64,000 nt of DNA from Eledone cirrhosa (GCA_964016885.1 OZ024745.1:67952001-68016000); one strand, 5' to 3'; positions 15,311-28,668 are shown, numbered from the stretch's first letter. Notes: generated by a model not told the origin, from the sequence alone. Numbers and translations: made by a program.

Positions 15311-15534
15311 ATAAAGTTCTTGTGGGTTTGTTCCCTCTCTTTAACAGCTTGGTCAGGTGTTTTCTATTATAGCTATGGTCAGCGGCGGATTGGCCAGGTT
15401 GCCAGGTTGCCCAATGGCAAGGTAGCATTGCAAGGCCCTCTGTAGTATTTTAGGGGCCAGTGCTTAGCTTTCAAAAAATACCTGAAGTCTAAGAGAAAGA
15501 ATTTTTAAAAAATAAATAAAACAATAAATTTTTT

Positions 15535-15955
15535 GTTTTGAAAATTTTGAAAGTAGGTTTATAAGTATGAATTTTCATAAGATTTTCGTAGTTGTCTCAG
15601 TGGCCTAGCGGTAGGTACTAGAGACGGTGGAGAACGTGACCTTGGGTTCAATCCTGGTCGAGTGATACATGTATAATAAAAACTGAAAAATGGGATGTAT
15701 CATAAAAACTGAAAAGGTTTACTCCCGACCAGGATCGAACTTCAGACCTGGATCACTACCGTCTATAATTCCTCCAACTAGGCCGCCGAGACAGATACAA
15801 AATTATAATGAAAATTATTGATTATAAACCTACTTTCAAAATCAAAGTTAAAAAGATGTGGTGTCGTTCATGGCTTTCCTTTAGTTTTGAAAATTTTCAA
15901 AGTAGTTTTATTAGTATGGATTTTCAGTAGATTTTCATAGCTGTCTCAGTGGCCT
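15535..15955. mobile_element. Inverted pair of tRNA-like units plus a third partial copy
   Basis: 15535-15665 (A box TGGCCTAGCGG, B box GGTTCAATCC) is inverted at about 15720-15850; a partial direct copy lies at 15885-15955. Confidence 0.6.
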
Positions 15956-16404
15956 GAGCATTCTCCTTTCAACTTTGACTATGTCATTAAAACCAAGAAC
16001 AATTTATAAGCTGGAAGAAAAGGGTTTCTAATTTAGGCACACGGCCAACAGTTCTCGATTTAAATCGACCTTAGTACTTTACTGTTATTTCATTTTATCG
16101 ATCTCGTAAGGATAAAAGCACAGTTGACCTCGGCGGGGTTTGAAATCAACAAAAAGAGCCAGAAAAAAATGATTCTACCAACCCACCACCTTTTATAAAT
16201 GGAAAGATAATGAGACAAATGATAGACATATGGATTATGTTAAGAATTCAGTTTTAAATGTAATAAAAGCTGAGTATTGATTGGTTATTGATACTTCTAC
16301 ATACATATCAATAAAAATGAAACATCTATCATTGTATTTGACTATTATAATGATAGATAATCGATAAGATTGGTTAATGGGAAAAAGAGAATAGACAGAT
16401 ATAT

Positions 16405-16702
16405 GGGCTGTTTTTGTTTGTGTTTTTGTTGGACCTTCACCGTTTCCGACAGCGAGTGTTCGAGCTGTTCAATAAATGGAAATAACCTGCTCGTTAAATT
16501 AACGTGCAAATGGCCGAGAATATCATAGACACGTGTACACTTAATATAGTTCTTAGGGAGATTGCGTGTGAGATAAAGTGTGACAAAGTTCATTTTTATC
16601 AGCATCGTGAACTGGAGCAACATGAAATAAAATATCTTGCTCAAGTACATACGCTGCCGGGAATCGAACTCACAACTTTACGATCGTAAGCTGAACACCC
16701 TA
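16405..16702 (-). mobile_element. CORE-like tRNA SINE (family B)
   Basis: RC has B box gagttcgattccc then tacttgagcaagatattttatttca (CORE-like); homologous to 31545-31860 and 32043-32160. Confidence 0.75.
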
Positions 16703-16719
16703 ATGTGAGTATAGTAGTA

Positions 16720-17100
16720 CAAATAATTTTCTATATAAACACGACCAGAAGGATATGGTCCGAACGTGGAAGAGCAGAACTCCTACTGTCATCGCCTCCA
16801 TCTCTCTCGCCCTCCCCATCTCTCTGTATGGTGAGCAAATGGGGTCCCACGTGCTGGCCTTCCCACAGCCCCGGCGGACAGAATGGAGAAGACGTTTCCC
16901 CGGGGGATGGTAAAGGAGATGCGTTGGAAGAGCCATTCCATCTCGCGAGACTCACACCTGCGGCTGGCCAGCTCAGCGCCTATGGTGGTGAGTAGGGAGG
17001 TAGCCCTAGGGCCAAGGACACCAGAAGTCTCCACTGCCAAGGCCGCGACCACAAACCTGTCGGAGAGCGACCGTACTAAGTCATAGGCCTTCACAGACAA
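16720..17100 (-). mobile_element. CRE-clade non-LTR retrotransposon fragment: restriction-like endonuclease C-terminus and 3' UTR
   Basis: FVVAALAVETSGVLGPRATSLLTTIGAELASRRCESREMEWLFQRISFTIPRGNVFSIL matches the CRE RLE motif AVET.G..G..A...L.QR.S....RGN. Confidence 0.85.
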
Positions 17101-17650
17101 GCATATTGTGAAGTGTCATATTAACCCAACAGTTAGAGAATTTAAGTAATGTATTAGCAGAGTCATTAGGTGAGGTTGATTTTGTCTTTCATCTTTTAGG
17201 GTCGATAAATAAAGTGAGAGAGTGATTAGCTTCCCACGTCATTTTAATTTTGTTCCCTTTTCGATAAAAAGTGGGATTAAAAAAGGGAAGATGAGGAAAT
17301 GAGAGGTAGTAAGAGGGAGACAAGGGAAATGGCCAAAAAGAAAGGGAAACACAGTGAGTGCAGCATGAAAACAGGGAGTAGTAGAGAAAAAGAGTGAAAG
17401 GAAAATAAAGGTGTGAATGTGTGTGTGTGTGTGTGTGTGTTTGTGTGTGTGAGAGAGAGAGAGAGAGACGGAGAGAAGGGAGGGAGAGAGAGAGGAAGGG
17501 TGATTGAAAAACAGGAGAGAGAGAATGAAAGAACAAGAGAGATAAGGAGAGAAAGGAGAGTGACAAAGAGGGAGAGAGAGAGAGAGAGAGAGAGTGTGAG
17601 AGAGAAAGAGATATAGAGAGACAGACATAAAAAGAGATGGTGAATATTAA

Positions 17651-17861
17651 ATAATTGTTTCTACTTTAGGCACAAGGCCAGCAAATTACCCAGTACATTA
17701 CTGGTACTTTATTTTATCGACCCCGTAAGGATGAAAGGCAAAGTTAACCTTGGCGGGATTTGAACTCAGATCATAAACGGCCGTATTCAGTATCGGTAGA
17801 GGGTCGGACGCCATGCTTTGCTGCAAAGCATGGCGTCCGACCCTCTACCGATACTGAATAC
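17651..17861 (-). mobile_element. SINE family A with a perfect fold-back of its head
   Basis: 17783-17861 is a perfect palindrome with 39-bp arms and a 1-nt centre. Confidence 0.9.
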
Positions 17862-20178
17862 TCAATAATCTTGATTACATCATTGATAAATTAACAATCT
17901 TATGTGAAATTAAAACATATTTACATTAATTTATATGAAATTCAATTATAGATCTTTATTTTTTTCTTTATACTTCCATATAATTCAATTCTATGAGTGA
18001 AGGCTCGTGGCTTAGTAGTTAGGGTATTGAGTTCAAACCCATAACACCATGGTGTCTATTTCTAGATCGAGTGACACAACGTATCCTGTTCACTTGCTCT
18101 TGACCACTCGGCAGCTGTATGTTAGCCTTGCGATGGACAAGTATCCCGTCTAATGAGGAGTCATGTATTCAGAGTCTCTTAATGCCCATATATCCAGGAG
18201 AAACTCCAGGTTTTGTCCAACCCATGCACAGCTGTAAAAAAAAAAAAAATGATGTAAAACGACAACTCTGACTTTAACTCAATTACATGAGGTAATTACA
18301 CCATAGAATAGGCATCTTAATCATAGGCATGCATGTATGGGCCCTTAACATTTGATGGACATACGTCCTTTTAGAACATTGATAACTGATAGTTGTATTC
18401 CCCCTCCTCTTTCATCACCAACAACAACATTAGTGCTATCATCATTAACCTCAAGAATAATATTAGCATCATCAGCACACCACCACCACCACAAACCATC
18501 ACCACCACCACCACCACCACTACACAGTTGTGTGGTTTAGGCTGAGCTCAGCCCTGATCAACTAGAATTACATTTAAAGACATTCTAGCGGTTACCATTT
18601 GATTTCCCTCCCCTTCAAATGCTTATGTAACCAGGATTACATCTATAAAATGTGTTCTTCGTTTCTTATAACGATGATGTCTGGTTTCAGGGATATTTGG
18701 CTGTTATTTTTAGCTGATTGTGCAACCACATAGAGGCTCTCTCTTCAATCTTACATCTTTTAGTCAGCCAATTCAATTCAATTCAATTTTCAACTATAAG
18801 AAAGCACGTACGCATTGAAGTATGTTCTAATGTGAATCGACCAACGTGAGTGAACGCCGATATATGCAACATGTGCATTCCACTGCAACACACTTAAGAA
18901 CATATACAAATGAATGTCACGTTTGTTATAGTCCTTTAGTTCTTGCCATTCAGAAATAATTATCTTCGGTAAAATTTTCCAAGATGTAGTAACGAGAGTA
19001 GCTATCATTCACTCAGTAAGTCTTCTTAAAACGCTGCTGAACTTCAGTTAATACAGAGTTTTTCAGCCTAGGCAATTAAAAATTCAATCCCTAAAGAAGG
19101 AGAAGCTAGAATATAAATACATTGATGGGTTTCTGACTCGCCCCGGATCCGACGTGAAAGTGGGGACGCAAAAACGGTTGGGAACCCCTCAGTTAACATA
19201 ACACTTCAAGGAAAAATATCTGAAATTTCACGTTTCATTCTTTTTTGGTTGATAAATAAAGTACCATATTGGAGCAACGTGAAATCAAACTCATGACAAT
19301 AAGATGGTGAGTTGAATACACTAAACACCAAGCCGCACGCCTTCGCTGGTAGATAGTATCAGCTATGGAATGATCAATTGAAACGATCAGCTTCGGTCTA
19401 TTTTTTAAATAATTTTACAGAACATCCATTCATAACATGTTACGAGTCATTTAAAGATAATCAATAATGTATTCACATACTTTTGTTCAAAATGTAAATG
19501 ACTCCAAGTCAGTTTCGTCGAGTGCTTCTATTATTTGATGGACAGAATTGCCTTCTCATTAAACTAGTGTGATACATTGTTTGATAAGGCTGGTCTTGGA
19601 ATTACAGGTACAGTCCATGTTACACTATAGAGTAAGTGGCTGAGTATGTCATTGACACGTGGACCCTAAATACAATTTCCAAGCTGAATTAGTGTGACAG
19701 AGTGTTTGACATGGATGAACATTTGAATTACAGATATAAATCAATCTAACAAGCTTCCACTGTTTCCGTCTGACCAATTCACTCACAATACTTGGGTCGA
19801 GCCGTGGTTATGGTAAAGTGAAATTTCCAAGATGTCTTGTTGTGGGATCGAACCCGGGACCACATGATTATGAAGCGTTGAGTGATGACTACATCCACGT
19901 TGATATTTGTGTTTCGAAACTGGACTCTTTCTTCGCAGGAAAAGCTCATTGCTTTCAGTACCTACCCTCACCGGACATTAGTTATGGAAATATTTTCATT
20001 ACCCCCCCCCCCCCCCCCCCAAAAAAAAAACACAACAAAAACAAACAAACAAACAAAACATATTCGTTTCTAAAAGCCCAACATGAAAAACAAGAATAAC
20101 AAAACCAACAACACTAATCACCACCACAACCACCACCATTCTGATATTTAGTTAATAGAATTAAAGTAAGAAATGGGA

Positions 20179-20366
20179 ATAATTGTTTCTACTTTAGGCA
20201 CAAGGCCAGTAATTACCCAGTGTATTACTGGTACTTTATTTTATCCACCCCATAAGGATGAAAGGCAAGGTTAACCTCGGCGGGATTTGAACTCAGAATG
20301 GCAAAGGGCGTAACTCTATGCGTCAAAGCATGGCGTCCGACCCTCTACCGATGCTGCCAATCCACC
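20179..20366 (-). mobile_element. SINE family A
   Basis: Near-full-length match. Confidence 0.92.
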
Positions 20367-20496
20367 ATGGCATATTGCGATGTCTTGGACACAAAATCTA
20401 ATTTTGTTTTTAAAGTATGGCTTCCCGTTCTCTCATTTAACTGTTATGTCTTTCTTCAATGAAAGATAGAATGTTGTGTCTTAACAAACCTGACGT

Positions 20497-23400
20497 CTGA
20501 GTGGTTGAGTAAGTGTGAGTGGTGGAGTATATGTGAGTGGTGGAGTATGTGTGAGTGGTTGAGTATGTGTGAGTGGTGGAGTATATGTGTGTGGTGGAGT
20601 AAGTGTGAGTGGTGGAGTATGTGTGAGTGGTTGAGTATGTGTGAGTGGTTGAGTATGTGTGTGTGGTGGAGTATATGTGTGAGTGGTTGAGTATGTGTGA
20701 GTGGTGGAGTATGAGTGAGTGGTTGAGTATATGTGTGTGGTGGAGCAAGTGTGAGTGGTGGAGTATGTGTGAGTGGTTGAGTATGTGTGAGTGGTGGAGT
20801 ATGTGTGAGTGGTGGAGTGTATGTGAGTGGTGGAGTATGTGTGACTGGTGGAGTATGTGTGAGTGGTGGAGTAAGTGTGAGTGGTGGAGTATATGTGTGT
20901 GGTGGAGTAAGTGTGAGTGGTGGAGTATGTGTGAGTGGTTGAGTATGTGTGAGTGGTTGAGTATGTGTGTGTGGTGGAGTATATGTGTGAGTGGTTGAGT
21001 ATGTGTGAGTGGTGGAGTATGAGTGAGTGGTTGAGTATATGTGTGTGGTGGAGCAAGTGTGAGTGGTGGAGTATGTGTGAGTGGTTGAGTATGTGTGAGT
21101 GGTGGAGTATGTGTGAGTGGTGGAGTGTATGTGAGTGGTGGAGTATGTGTGAGTGGTGGAGTATGTGTGAGTGGTGGAGTAAGTGTGAGTGGTGGAGTAA
21201 GTGTGAGTGGTGGAGTAAGTGTGAGTGGTGGAGTATATGTGTGAGTGGTGGAGTATGTGTGAGTGGTGGAGTAAGTGTGAGTGGTTGAGTATGTGTGAGT
21301 GGTTGAGTATGTGTGAGTAGTGGAGTATATGTGTGTTTGAGTATGTGTGTGTGGTGGAGTATATGTGTGAGTGGTTGAGTATGTGTGAGTGGTGGAGTAT
21401 GAGTGAGTGGTTGAGTATATGTGTGTGGTGGAGCAAGTGTGAGTGGTGGAGTATGTGTGAGTGGTTGAGTATGTGTGAGTGGTGGAGTATGTGTGAGTGG
21501 TGGAGTGTATGTGAGTGGTGGAGTATGTGTGAGTGGTGGAGTATGTGTGAGTGGTGGAGTGTATGTGAGTGGTGGAGTATGTGTGAGTGGTGGAGTATGT
21601 GTGAGTGGTGGAGTAAGTGTGAGTGGTGGAGTAAGTGTGAGTGGTGGAGTAAGTGTGAGTGGTTGAGTATGTGTGAGTGGTTGAGTATGTGTGAGTGGTG
21701 GAGTATATGTGTGTTTGAGTATGTGTGAGTGGTGGAGTATATGTGTGAGTGGTGGAGTATATGTGTGAGTGGTTGAGTATGCGTGAGTGGTGGAGTATGT
21801 GTGAGTGGTGGAGTATGTGTGAGTGGTGGAGTATATGTGTGAGTGGTTGAGTATGCGTGAGTGGTTGAGTAAGTGTGAGTGGTTGAGTATGTGTGAGTGG
21901 TTGAGTAAGTGTGAGTGGTGGAGTATGTGTGAGTAGTGGAGTATGTGTGAGTGGTTGAGTATGTGTGAGTGGTTGAGTAAGTGTGAGTGGTGGAGTATGT
22001 GTGAGTGGTGGAGTATGTGTGAGTGGTGGAGTATGTGTGAGTGCTGGAGTATATGTGTGAGTGGTTGAGTATGCGTGAGTGGTTGAGTAAGTGTGAGTGG
22101 TGGAGTATGTGTGAGTGGTTGAGTAAGTGTGAGTGGTGGAGTAAGTGTGAGTGGTTGAGTATGTGTGAGTGATTGAGTAAGTGTGAGTGGTGGAGTATGT
22201 GTGAGTGGTAGAGTATATGTGTGAGTGGTTGAGTATGCGTGAGTGGTTCAGTAAGTGTGAGTGGTTGAGTAAGTGTGAGTGGCTGTGTATATGTGTGAGT
22301 GGTGGAGTATGTGTGAGTGGTTGAGTAAGTGTGAGTGGTTGAGTAAGTGTGAGTGGCTGTGTATATGTGAGTGGTAGAGTATGTGTGAGTGGTGGAGTAT
22401 GTGTGAGTGGTGGAGTAAGTGTGAGTGGTGGAGTAAGTGTGAGTGGTTGAGTATGTGTGAGTGGTTGAGTAAGTGTGAGTGGTGGAGTATGTGTGAGTGG
22501 TGGAGTATGTCTGAGTGGTGGAGTATGTGTGAGTGGTGGAGTATGTGTGAGTGGTGGAGTATATGTGAGTGGTGGAGTATGTGTGAGTAGTGGAGTATGT
22601 GTGAGTGGTTGAGTAAGTGTGAGTGGCTGTGTATATGTGTGAGTGGTGGAGTATGTTTGAGTGGTAGAGTATGTGTGAGTGGTGGAGTATGTGTGAGTGG
22701 TGGAGTATGTGTGAGTGGTGGAGTATGTGTGAGTGGTGGAGTATGTGTGAGTGGTTGAGTATATGTGTGAGTGGTTGAGTATGCGTGAGTGGTGGAGTAT
22801 GTGTGAGTGGTGGAGTATGTGTGAGTGGTGGAGCAAGTGTGAGTGGTGGAGTATGTGTGAGTAGTGGAGTATGTGTGAGTGGTGGAGTATGCGTGAGTGG
22901 TTGAGTAAGTGTGAGTGGTTGAGTATGTGTGAGTGGTGGAGTATGTGTGAGTGGTGGAGTATGTGTGAGTGGTTGAGTATATGTGTGAGTGGTTGAGTAT
23001 GTGTGAGTGGTTGAGTATGTGTGAGTGGTGGAGTATGTGTGAGTGGTGGAGTATGTGTGAGTGGTTGAGTATGTGTGAGTGGTGGAGTATGTGTGAGTGA
23101 TGGAGTATGTGTGAGTGGTGGAGTATGTGTGAGTGGTGGAGTATATATGTGAGTGGTTGAGTATGCGTGAGTGGTGGAGTATGTGTGAGTGGTTGTGTAT
23201 ATGTGTGAGTGGTGGAGTATGTGTGAGTAGTGGAGTATGTGTGAGTGGTTGAGTAAGTGTGAGTGGCTGTGTATATGTGTGAGTGGTGGAGTATGTGTGA
23301 GTGGTGGAGTATGTGTGAGTAGTTGAGTAAGTGTGAGTGGTTGAGTAAGTGTGAGTGGTTGAGTATGTGTGAGTGGTGGAGTATGTGTGAGTGGTTGAGT

Positions 23401-23700
23401 TTGTTTGAGTGGTTGAGTTTGTGTGTATACATATATGAGTGGTTGAGTATTTGTATATATATATGAGTATGTGTGTATATATGAGTGGTTGAGTATGTGT
23501 GTATATATATATGAGTGGTTGAGTATGTGTGTATATATATATATGACTGGTTGAGTATGTGTGTATATATATGAGTGGTTGAGTATGTGTGTGTATATAT
23601 ATATATATGAGTGGTTGAGTATGTGTGTATATATATATATGAGTGGTTGAGTATGTGTGTATATATATATGAATGATTGAGTATGTGTATATATATATGT
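20497..23700. repeat. 18-bp minisatellite (GAGTGGTKGAGTAWGTGT)n, about 3.2 kb
   Basis: Visible tandem array with variant units; accounts for the spurious 1091-aa ORF. Confidence 0.97.
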
Positions 23701-23785
23701 GTGACTTACCATCCGCCTCTTGGTCGTGGTCGATAGGATCGAGAATTCATTAGCCCAAGCTTGTTAACAAATAAATTATGATATT

Positions 23786-23963
23786 AATTGTTTCTTCTTT
23801 TGGCACGAGGCCAGATATTACCCCAGTGCATTACTGGTACTTTATTTTATCGACCCCGTAAGGATGAAAGGCAAAGTTAACCTCGGCGAGATTTGAACTC
23901 AGATTGGCAAGGGTCGTAACTCCATGGCGTCCGACCCTCTACCGATACTGCCAATTCACCGCC
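23786..23963 (-). mobile_element. SINE family A
   Basis: Flanked by an about 21-bp TSD caaata(a/g)attatgatattaat. Confidence 0.92.
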
Positions 23964-24243
23964 AAATAGATTATGATATTAATGTCTATAGACATCGCTT
24001 ACCATTGCAGTTCTTTCGTGTAATTCGGCTACTCGTCCATTCCAATTAGTAGACACAGTTTTCACTATCAAACATGATTGCTTAAAAGACAAACATTCGT
24101 TATTTAACACTCGCTAACATACACCTACATACATACACACGCACGCACACACTCACATATTCATATCAACACACCAACATCCACCTGTGTGTGAGTGTGT
24201 CTAATACAAAATTGTATCGTTGCACAAACCTCATAGACCGAGT

Positions 24244-24405
24244 CAATGCCGGATTTAGGACAAATGAAGCCCTGTGCTAGTTAAGTTATGAGACCCTTTT
24301 ACTGGGCCCTGAAGGAGGTAAAAAATCTTTTTGGCAGGAAGATGCCCCCGCCTCTGATTAAAGGGGTCCTGTGCACACCTAAGCACAATGGTAAATCCGG
24401 CACTG
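24244..24405. mobile_element. hAT-type MITE
   Basis: TIRs caatgccggattta / taaatccggcactg; degenerate 8-bp flanks gaccgagt / gaatgagc. Confidence 0.7.
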
Positions 24406-24499
24406 GAATGAGCCAGTTAGCTAAGTGCTGGGTATATGAATGTATCTGCTCTTATGTAAAGCTGCTAAAATCCATTTATCACAGGGAAAGGGAGACAGG

Positions 24500-24625
24500 A
24501 AGGGAGGGACAGGCTCTATACCACAGTGTGAACAGTCATTTGGCCGTGCCCCACAGACAAAATGGCGTAAGCACTCCCACAGAGAATGACCAGCGACATC
24601 CACTGCAACAGCCACCTCGCATGAC
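24500..24625 (-). mobile_element. CRE-like endonuclease C-terminal fragment
   Basis: RC translates RHARWLLQWMSLVILCGSAYAILS, similar to WLFQRISFTIPRGNVFSILS at 16.9 kb. Confidence 0.6.
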
Positions 24626-24813
24626 GGTGGATTGGCAGTATCGGTAGAGCGTCAGACATGCTCTGCAGCATAGAGTTACGGCCCTTTATGATCTGAGTTC
24701 AAATCCCGCCGAGGTTAACTTTGCCTTTCATCCTTACGGGGGTCGATAAAATAAAGTACCAGTAATGCACTGGGATAATTGCTGGCCTTGTGCCAAAAAT
24801 AGAAACAATTATT
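24625..24813 (+). mobile_element. SINE family A
   Basis: Near-full-length match. Confidence 0.92.
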
Positions 24814-24817
24814 ATGG

Positions 24818-24862
<45 letters not shown>

Positions 24863-24867
<5 letters not shown>

Positions 24868-24965
24868 GGTGTCGCCAAAAATGTATACACACTTTGAATA
24901 CCTGTACAGGCAATATTTATTGAAATGCTGTTGACTGTGCATACACTTTTTGGGGACACTTTGTA
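24863..24965. mobile_element. Tc1/mariner-type MITE (about 100 bp) in TA
   Basis: TIRs tatagggtgtcgccaaaaatgtatacaca and (RC) tacaaagtgtccccaaaaagtgtatgcaca, with TA flanks. Confidence 0.75.
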
Positions 24966-25102
24966 TATATATATATATTCATAGAGTTGATGAGTTTGGT
25001 CATTGACTGGATTTGTAAGTCTTAGGTGTAACTCTCCTTTAAGAATTTGCAAGTCAACAAGCTATCTTGGTACACACACGCAGGCATATATGTATATATA
25101 TA

Positions 25103-25380
<278 letters not shown>

Positions 25381-25381
25381 C

Positions 25382-25415
<34 letters not shown>

Positions 25416-25523
25416 TAAATATATATATACATATATGTATATATACACACACACACATATCTATATACATATATATATATGAAAATATTGCTAACAAATT
25501 TATTGGACCATTTTACACAACCT

Positions 25524-25594
<71 letters not shown>

Positions 25595-25597
25595 TAT

Positions 25598-26030
25598 AGT
25601 TAAAAGAATAGAGGTGTAACACACAAGTTATTATATATTGGTAAACGGAATAGAAAATGCTGACAAATTGTTCACAGTTGAAAAATGGTTTAATTAGGAA
25701 TAAAAGAGTATTAGTGATTGTATGGGTTAGTATTCAGTTGTGGTTTTAAGTTTTTAAGTTTTTACCGGTTGCGCATTTCTAAATGCTTTTCAAAAATAAT
25801 TTTGAGATAGAGTGTCCGAGCTGTTTGCTCTGATCTGATCAGAGCAAACAGCACGGACACTCTATCTCAAAATTATTTTTGAAAAGCATTTAGAAATGCG
25901 CAACCGGTAAAAACTTAAAAACTTAAAACCACAACTGAATACTAACCCATACAATCACTAATACTCTTTTATTCCTAATTAAACCATTTTTCAACTGTGA
26001 ACAATTTGTCAGCATTTTGTATTCCGTTTA

Positions 26031-26035
<5 letters not shown>
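25598..26035. mobile_element. Large fold-back element in (TA)n with two U3-A8 HHR-like motifs (about 25760-25798 minus, 25876-25913 plus)
   Basis: Arms of about 200 bp centred near 25835; ttt TTGAAAA gcatt taga aatgc GCAA ccgg TA aaaa (GAAA changed to GCAA in both arms). Confidence 0.8.
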
Positions 26036-26088
<53 letters not shown>

Positions 26089-26090
<2 letters not shown>

Positions 26091-26313
26091 ATGTGAGAAA
26101 AACCACAGACCCTCCATCTCAACTCAGCTTTTGAAAAGCAGAAGAACTGTGAAACCGGTAAAGGAACCAAATAAATATATATATTTAAAAAAAAAATAAG
26201 ACTTCAGTTGCATTTTCGATTTCATCTCTTTTTCTTTATACTTTCACTCGTGTAGGACACCTCGGTTACTTTTCATTTTGTAAAAAAAACAAAAAAAACA
26301 AAACAAACCTCAC

Positions 26314-26319
<6 letters not shown>
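26089..26319 (+). mobile_element. U3-A8 hammerhead element (HHR at 26128-26163)
   Basis: ctt TTGAAAA gcag aagaa ctgt GAAA ccgg TA aag; same boundaries as 11649-11862. Confidence 0.8.
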
Positions 26320-26369
<50 letters not shown>

Positions 26370-26747
26370 ATATATATATATCTATATATATATACTCACA
26401 CATAGTGAACATATTGTTCTTCTTTCGAGTCAATATCTCTACAACAGTTCATTCACAGTTAGCACGCTTAGAAGAAAACCAAGTAAAGAAAAATATTGTT
26501 TCTATGGTGTATTGTGATAGCCAATAGCACGACGATTTAATATCAATGTATGTTATTTCTTCAAGAAGCCATATTCAGTAACAAAAATGTACAAGAAATA
26601 AAACGTTAGTCGATGAGAACAATTTCACCATAATTTTGGTTTATAACGAGATTTTGTGAATGTAAATAATGTGATAATTACATTAGAAAATAATAGTGTT
26701 CTTTAGAAAAGTGAGTAAAATGTATGTTTCCGTGTCGATAGAGCATT

Positions 26748-26818
<71 letters not shown>

Positions 26819-26845
26819 CAAAAGATGGTTAAAAGAGTTCCATGT

Positions 26846-26914
26846 ATATTATTATGCCCATTTCAAAAACAAATATCATCATGGGATGATATTTGCGTTC
26901 TCATCAGATAAAAT
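26846..26914 (-). ncRNA. Minimal hammerhead ribozyme with long stem II
   Basis: RC: attttat CTGATGA gaacgcaaatatcatc ccat gatgatatttgttttt GAAA tgggca TA ataatat. Confidence 0.75.
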
Positions 26915-27274
26915 AGGGAGACATGATATGAAGCTTAAAACACACTTGCGAGCAGTGAAGTGTTAAATCAACATATGAAAAATAAAATAAGATGGATATA
27001 CGAGATCGGAAAAAAGGAAAGGAAGGGGGGAATGAAAAGGTAAGGAAGAGGAAGAAAGAATATAGATAGAAAAAATATAATAAAAAGGAAAGGATGACGG
27101 AGGAGGAGTATAAGAAGGAAGGAAGGAAGGAAGGATGAGAGAGGAGGAGAAAATGAGTGAGAGAGAGAGAGAGATAACCTTTAATACTGAGAAACACTGT
27201 CTTATATATATATATATAAAATAAAATAAAATAAAATAAATAAGTCAAATGTTTAAAATTTGGCTTCATTTATT

Positions 27275-27331
27275 ACTGTTATAGATATATTTCGGTGACA
27301 GCCATCTTTGGCTGTGACCTCTTCAGGCAGT
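27275..27331 (-). ncRNA. Hammerhead ribozyme (left-arm copy)
   Basis: Inverted copy of 27550-27604 with a few substitutions in stems I and III. Confidence 0.7.
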
Positions 27332-27549
27332 CCAAATTAGTGTGGTAGAGACGAGTACATATGTTGTTGAGGTGTTTAACTTTGTCAATACTCTGATATG
27401 TCCAGTTCCTGGTTGTTATTTCACTGAGGAAGTGGAGATTCCAGTTCCTCAGTGAAATAACAACCCAACCAGGAACCGGGCATATCAGAGTATTGACAAA
27501 GTTAAACACCTCAACAACATATGTACTCGTCTCTACCACACTAATTTGG

Positions 27550-27604
27550 ACTGCCTGAAGAGGTCACAGCCAAAGATGGCTGTCACCGAAATATATATAG
27601 CAGT
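27550..27604 (+). ncRNA. Minimal hammerhead ribozyme (C.C family), intact core
   Basis: actgc CTGAAGA ggtcacagcca aaga tggctgtcacc GAAA tatata TA gcagt, followed directly by AATAAA. Confidence 0.88.
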
Positions 27605-27735
27605 AATAAACGAAGCCAAATTTTAAACATTTGACTTATTTATTTTATTTTATTTTACATTTCTCCGGAGTAACCAAACAAACCTGCGCACTTCGTAGAG
27701 TACTCCAATCTGTATACAACCAACATATACTCAAA

Positions 27736-27806
<71 letters not shown>

Positions 27807-27854
27807 CATATATATAATAATAATAAAATGTGGAGAGGAAGCACACGAGTTAGG

Positions 27855-27886
<32 letters not shown>

Positions 27887-28266
27887 ACAGGAAGAAAAAT
27901 ATATTTTTTCCCTTTTTTATTTTTTCTATCTTTTTATATATATATAGATGTGTAGTTGTTATTTAAGGTCACTTAAAATGCAGTGGGAATACGAAGAAAG
28001 CAAGAACAGGGGGGGGGGAGGGGTTTCCTCATCAGTTGTCTACTGGGGGTCTAGGATATTTCTACGCTTTAGCTTTAAAGACAAGATACCACTTCACCCC
28101 AGGGCGTCAATAACTGAATAAGTTTTGGGAAAACGAAGGAAGGAGGGAAGGAAAGCAAAGGGGAAGAAAAGAGAAACTATAACAAAACACACACATATAT
28201 ATATATTTATATACACGCACACACACATTATATATATATCATCATCATCATTTTACGTCCGCTTTT

Positions 28267-28352
<86 letters not shown>

Positions 28353-28360
28353 ATATATAT

Positions 28361-28442
<82 letters not shown>

Positions 28443-28444
<2 letters not shown>

Positions 28445-28552
28445 CAGAGTATAAAAGTTTTCATATAGAAGAGTTTCCACAGGACTAGAACTGTTTCATT
28501 CGATTTCTCACGAATGAAACAGTTCTAGTCCTGTAGAAGCTCTTCTATATTA
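28443..28552. mobile_element. Truncated fold-back copy of the 11.1-kb HHR family
   Basis: gatttctcacgaat GAAACAG ttctagtc CTGTA gaagc, inverted at 28465-28502; the 5' half of the core is missing. Confidence 0.7.
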
Positions 28553-28553
28553 A

Positions 28554-28601
<48 letters not shown>

Positions 28602-28637
28602 TTATCATCATTTTACGTCCTCTTTTCCCTGTGTGGG

Positions 28638-28668
<31 letters not shown>

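Larger units (their letters stand above)
27217..27740. mobile_element. Fold-back PLE-type terminus with two hammerheads
   Basis: Inverted arms of about 210 bp centred near 27440, then a unique tail (ctccggagta...gagtactcc) into (TA)n. Confidence 0.85.

Noticed and set aside
20437-23712. 1091-aa ORF (THTPPL repeats)
   Set aside because: Product of an 18-bp minisatellite lacking stops on one strand; it shifts between repeat frames and has no unique domain
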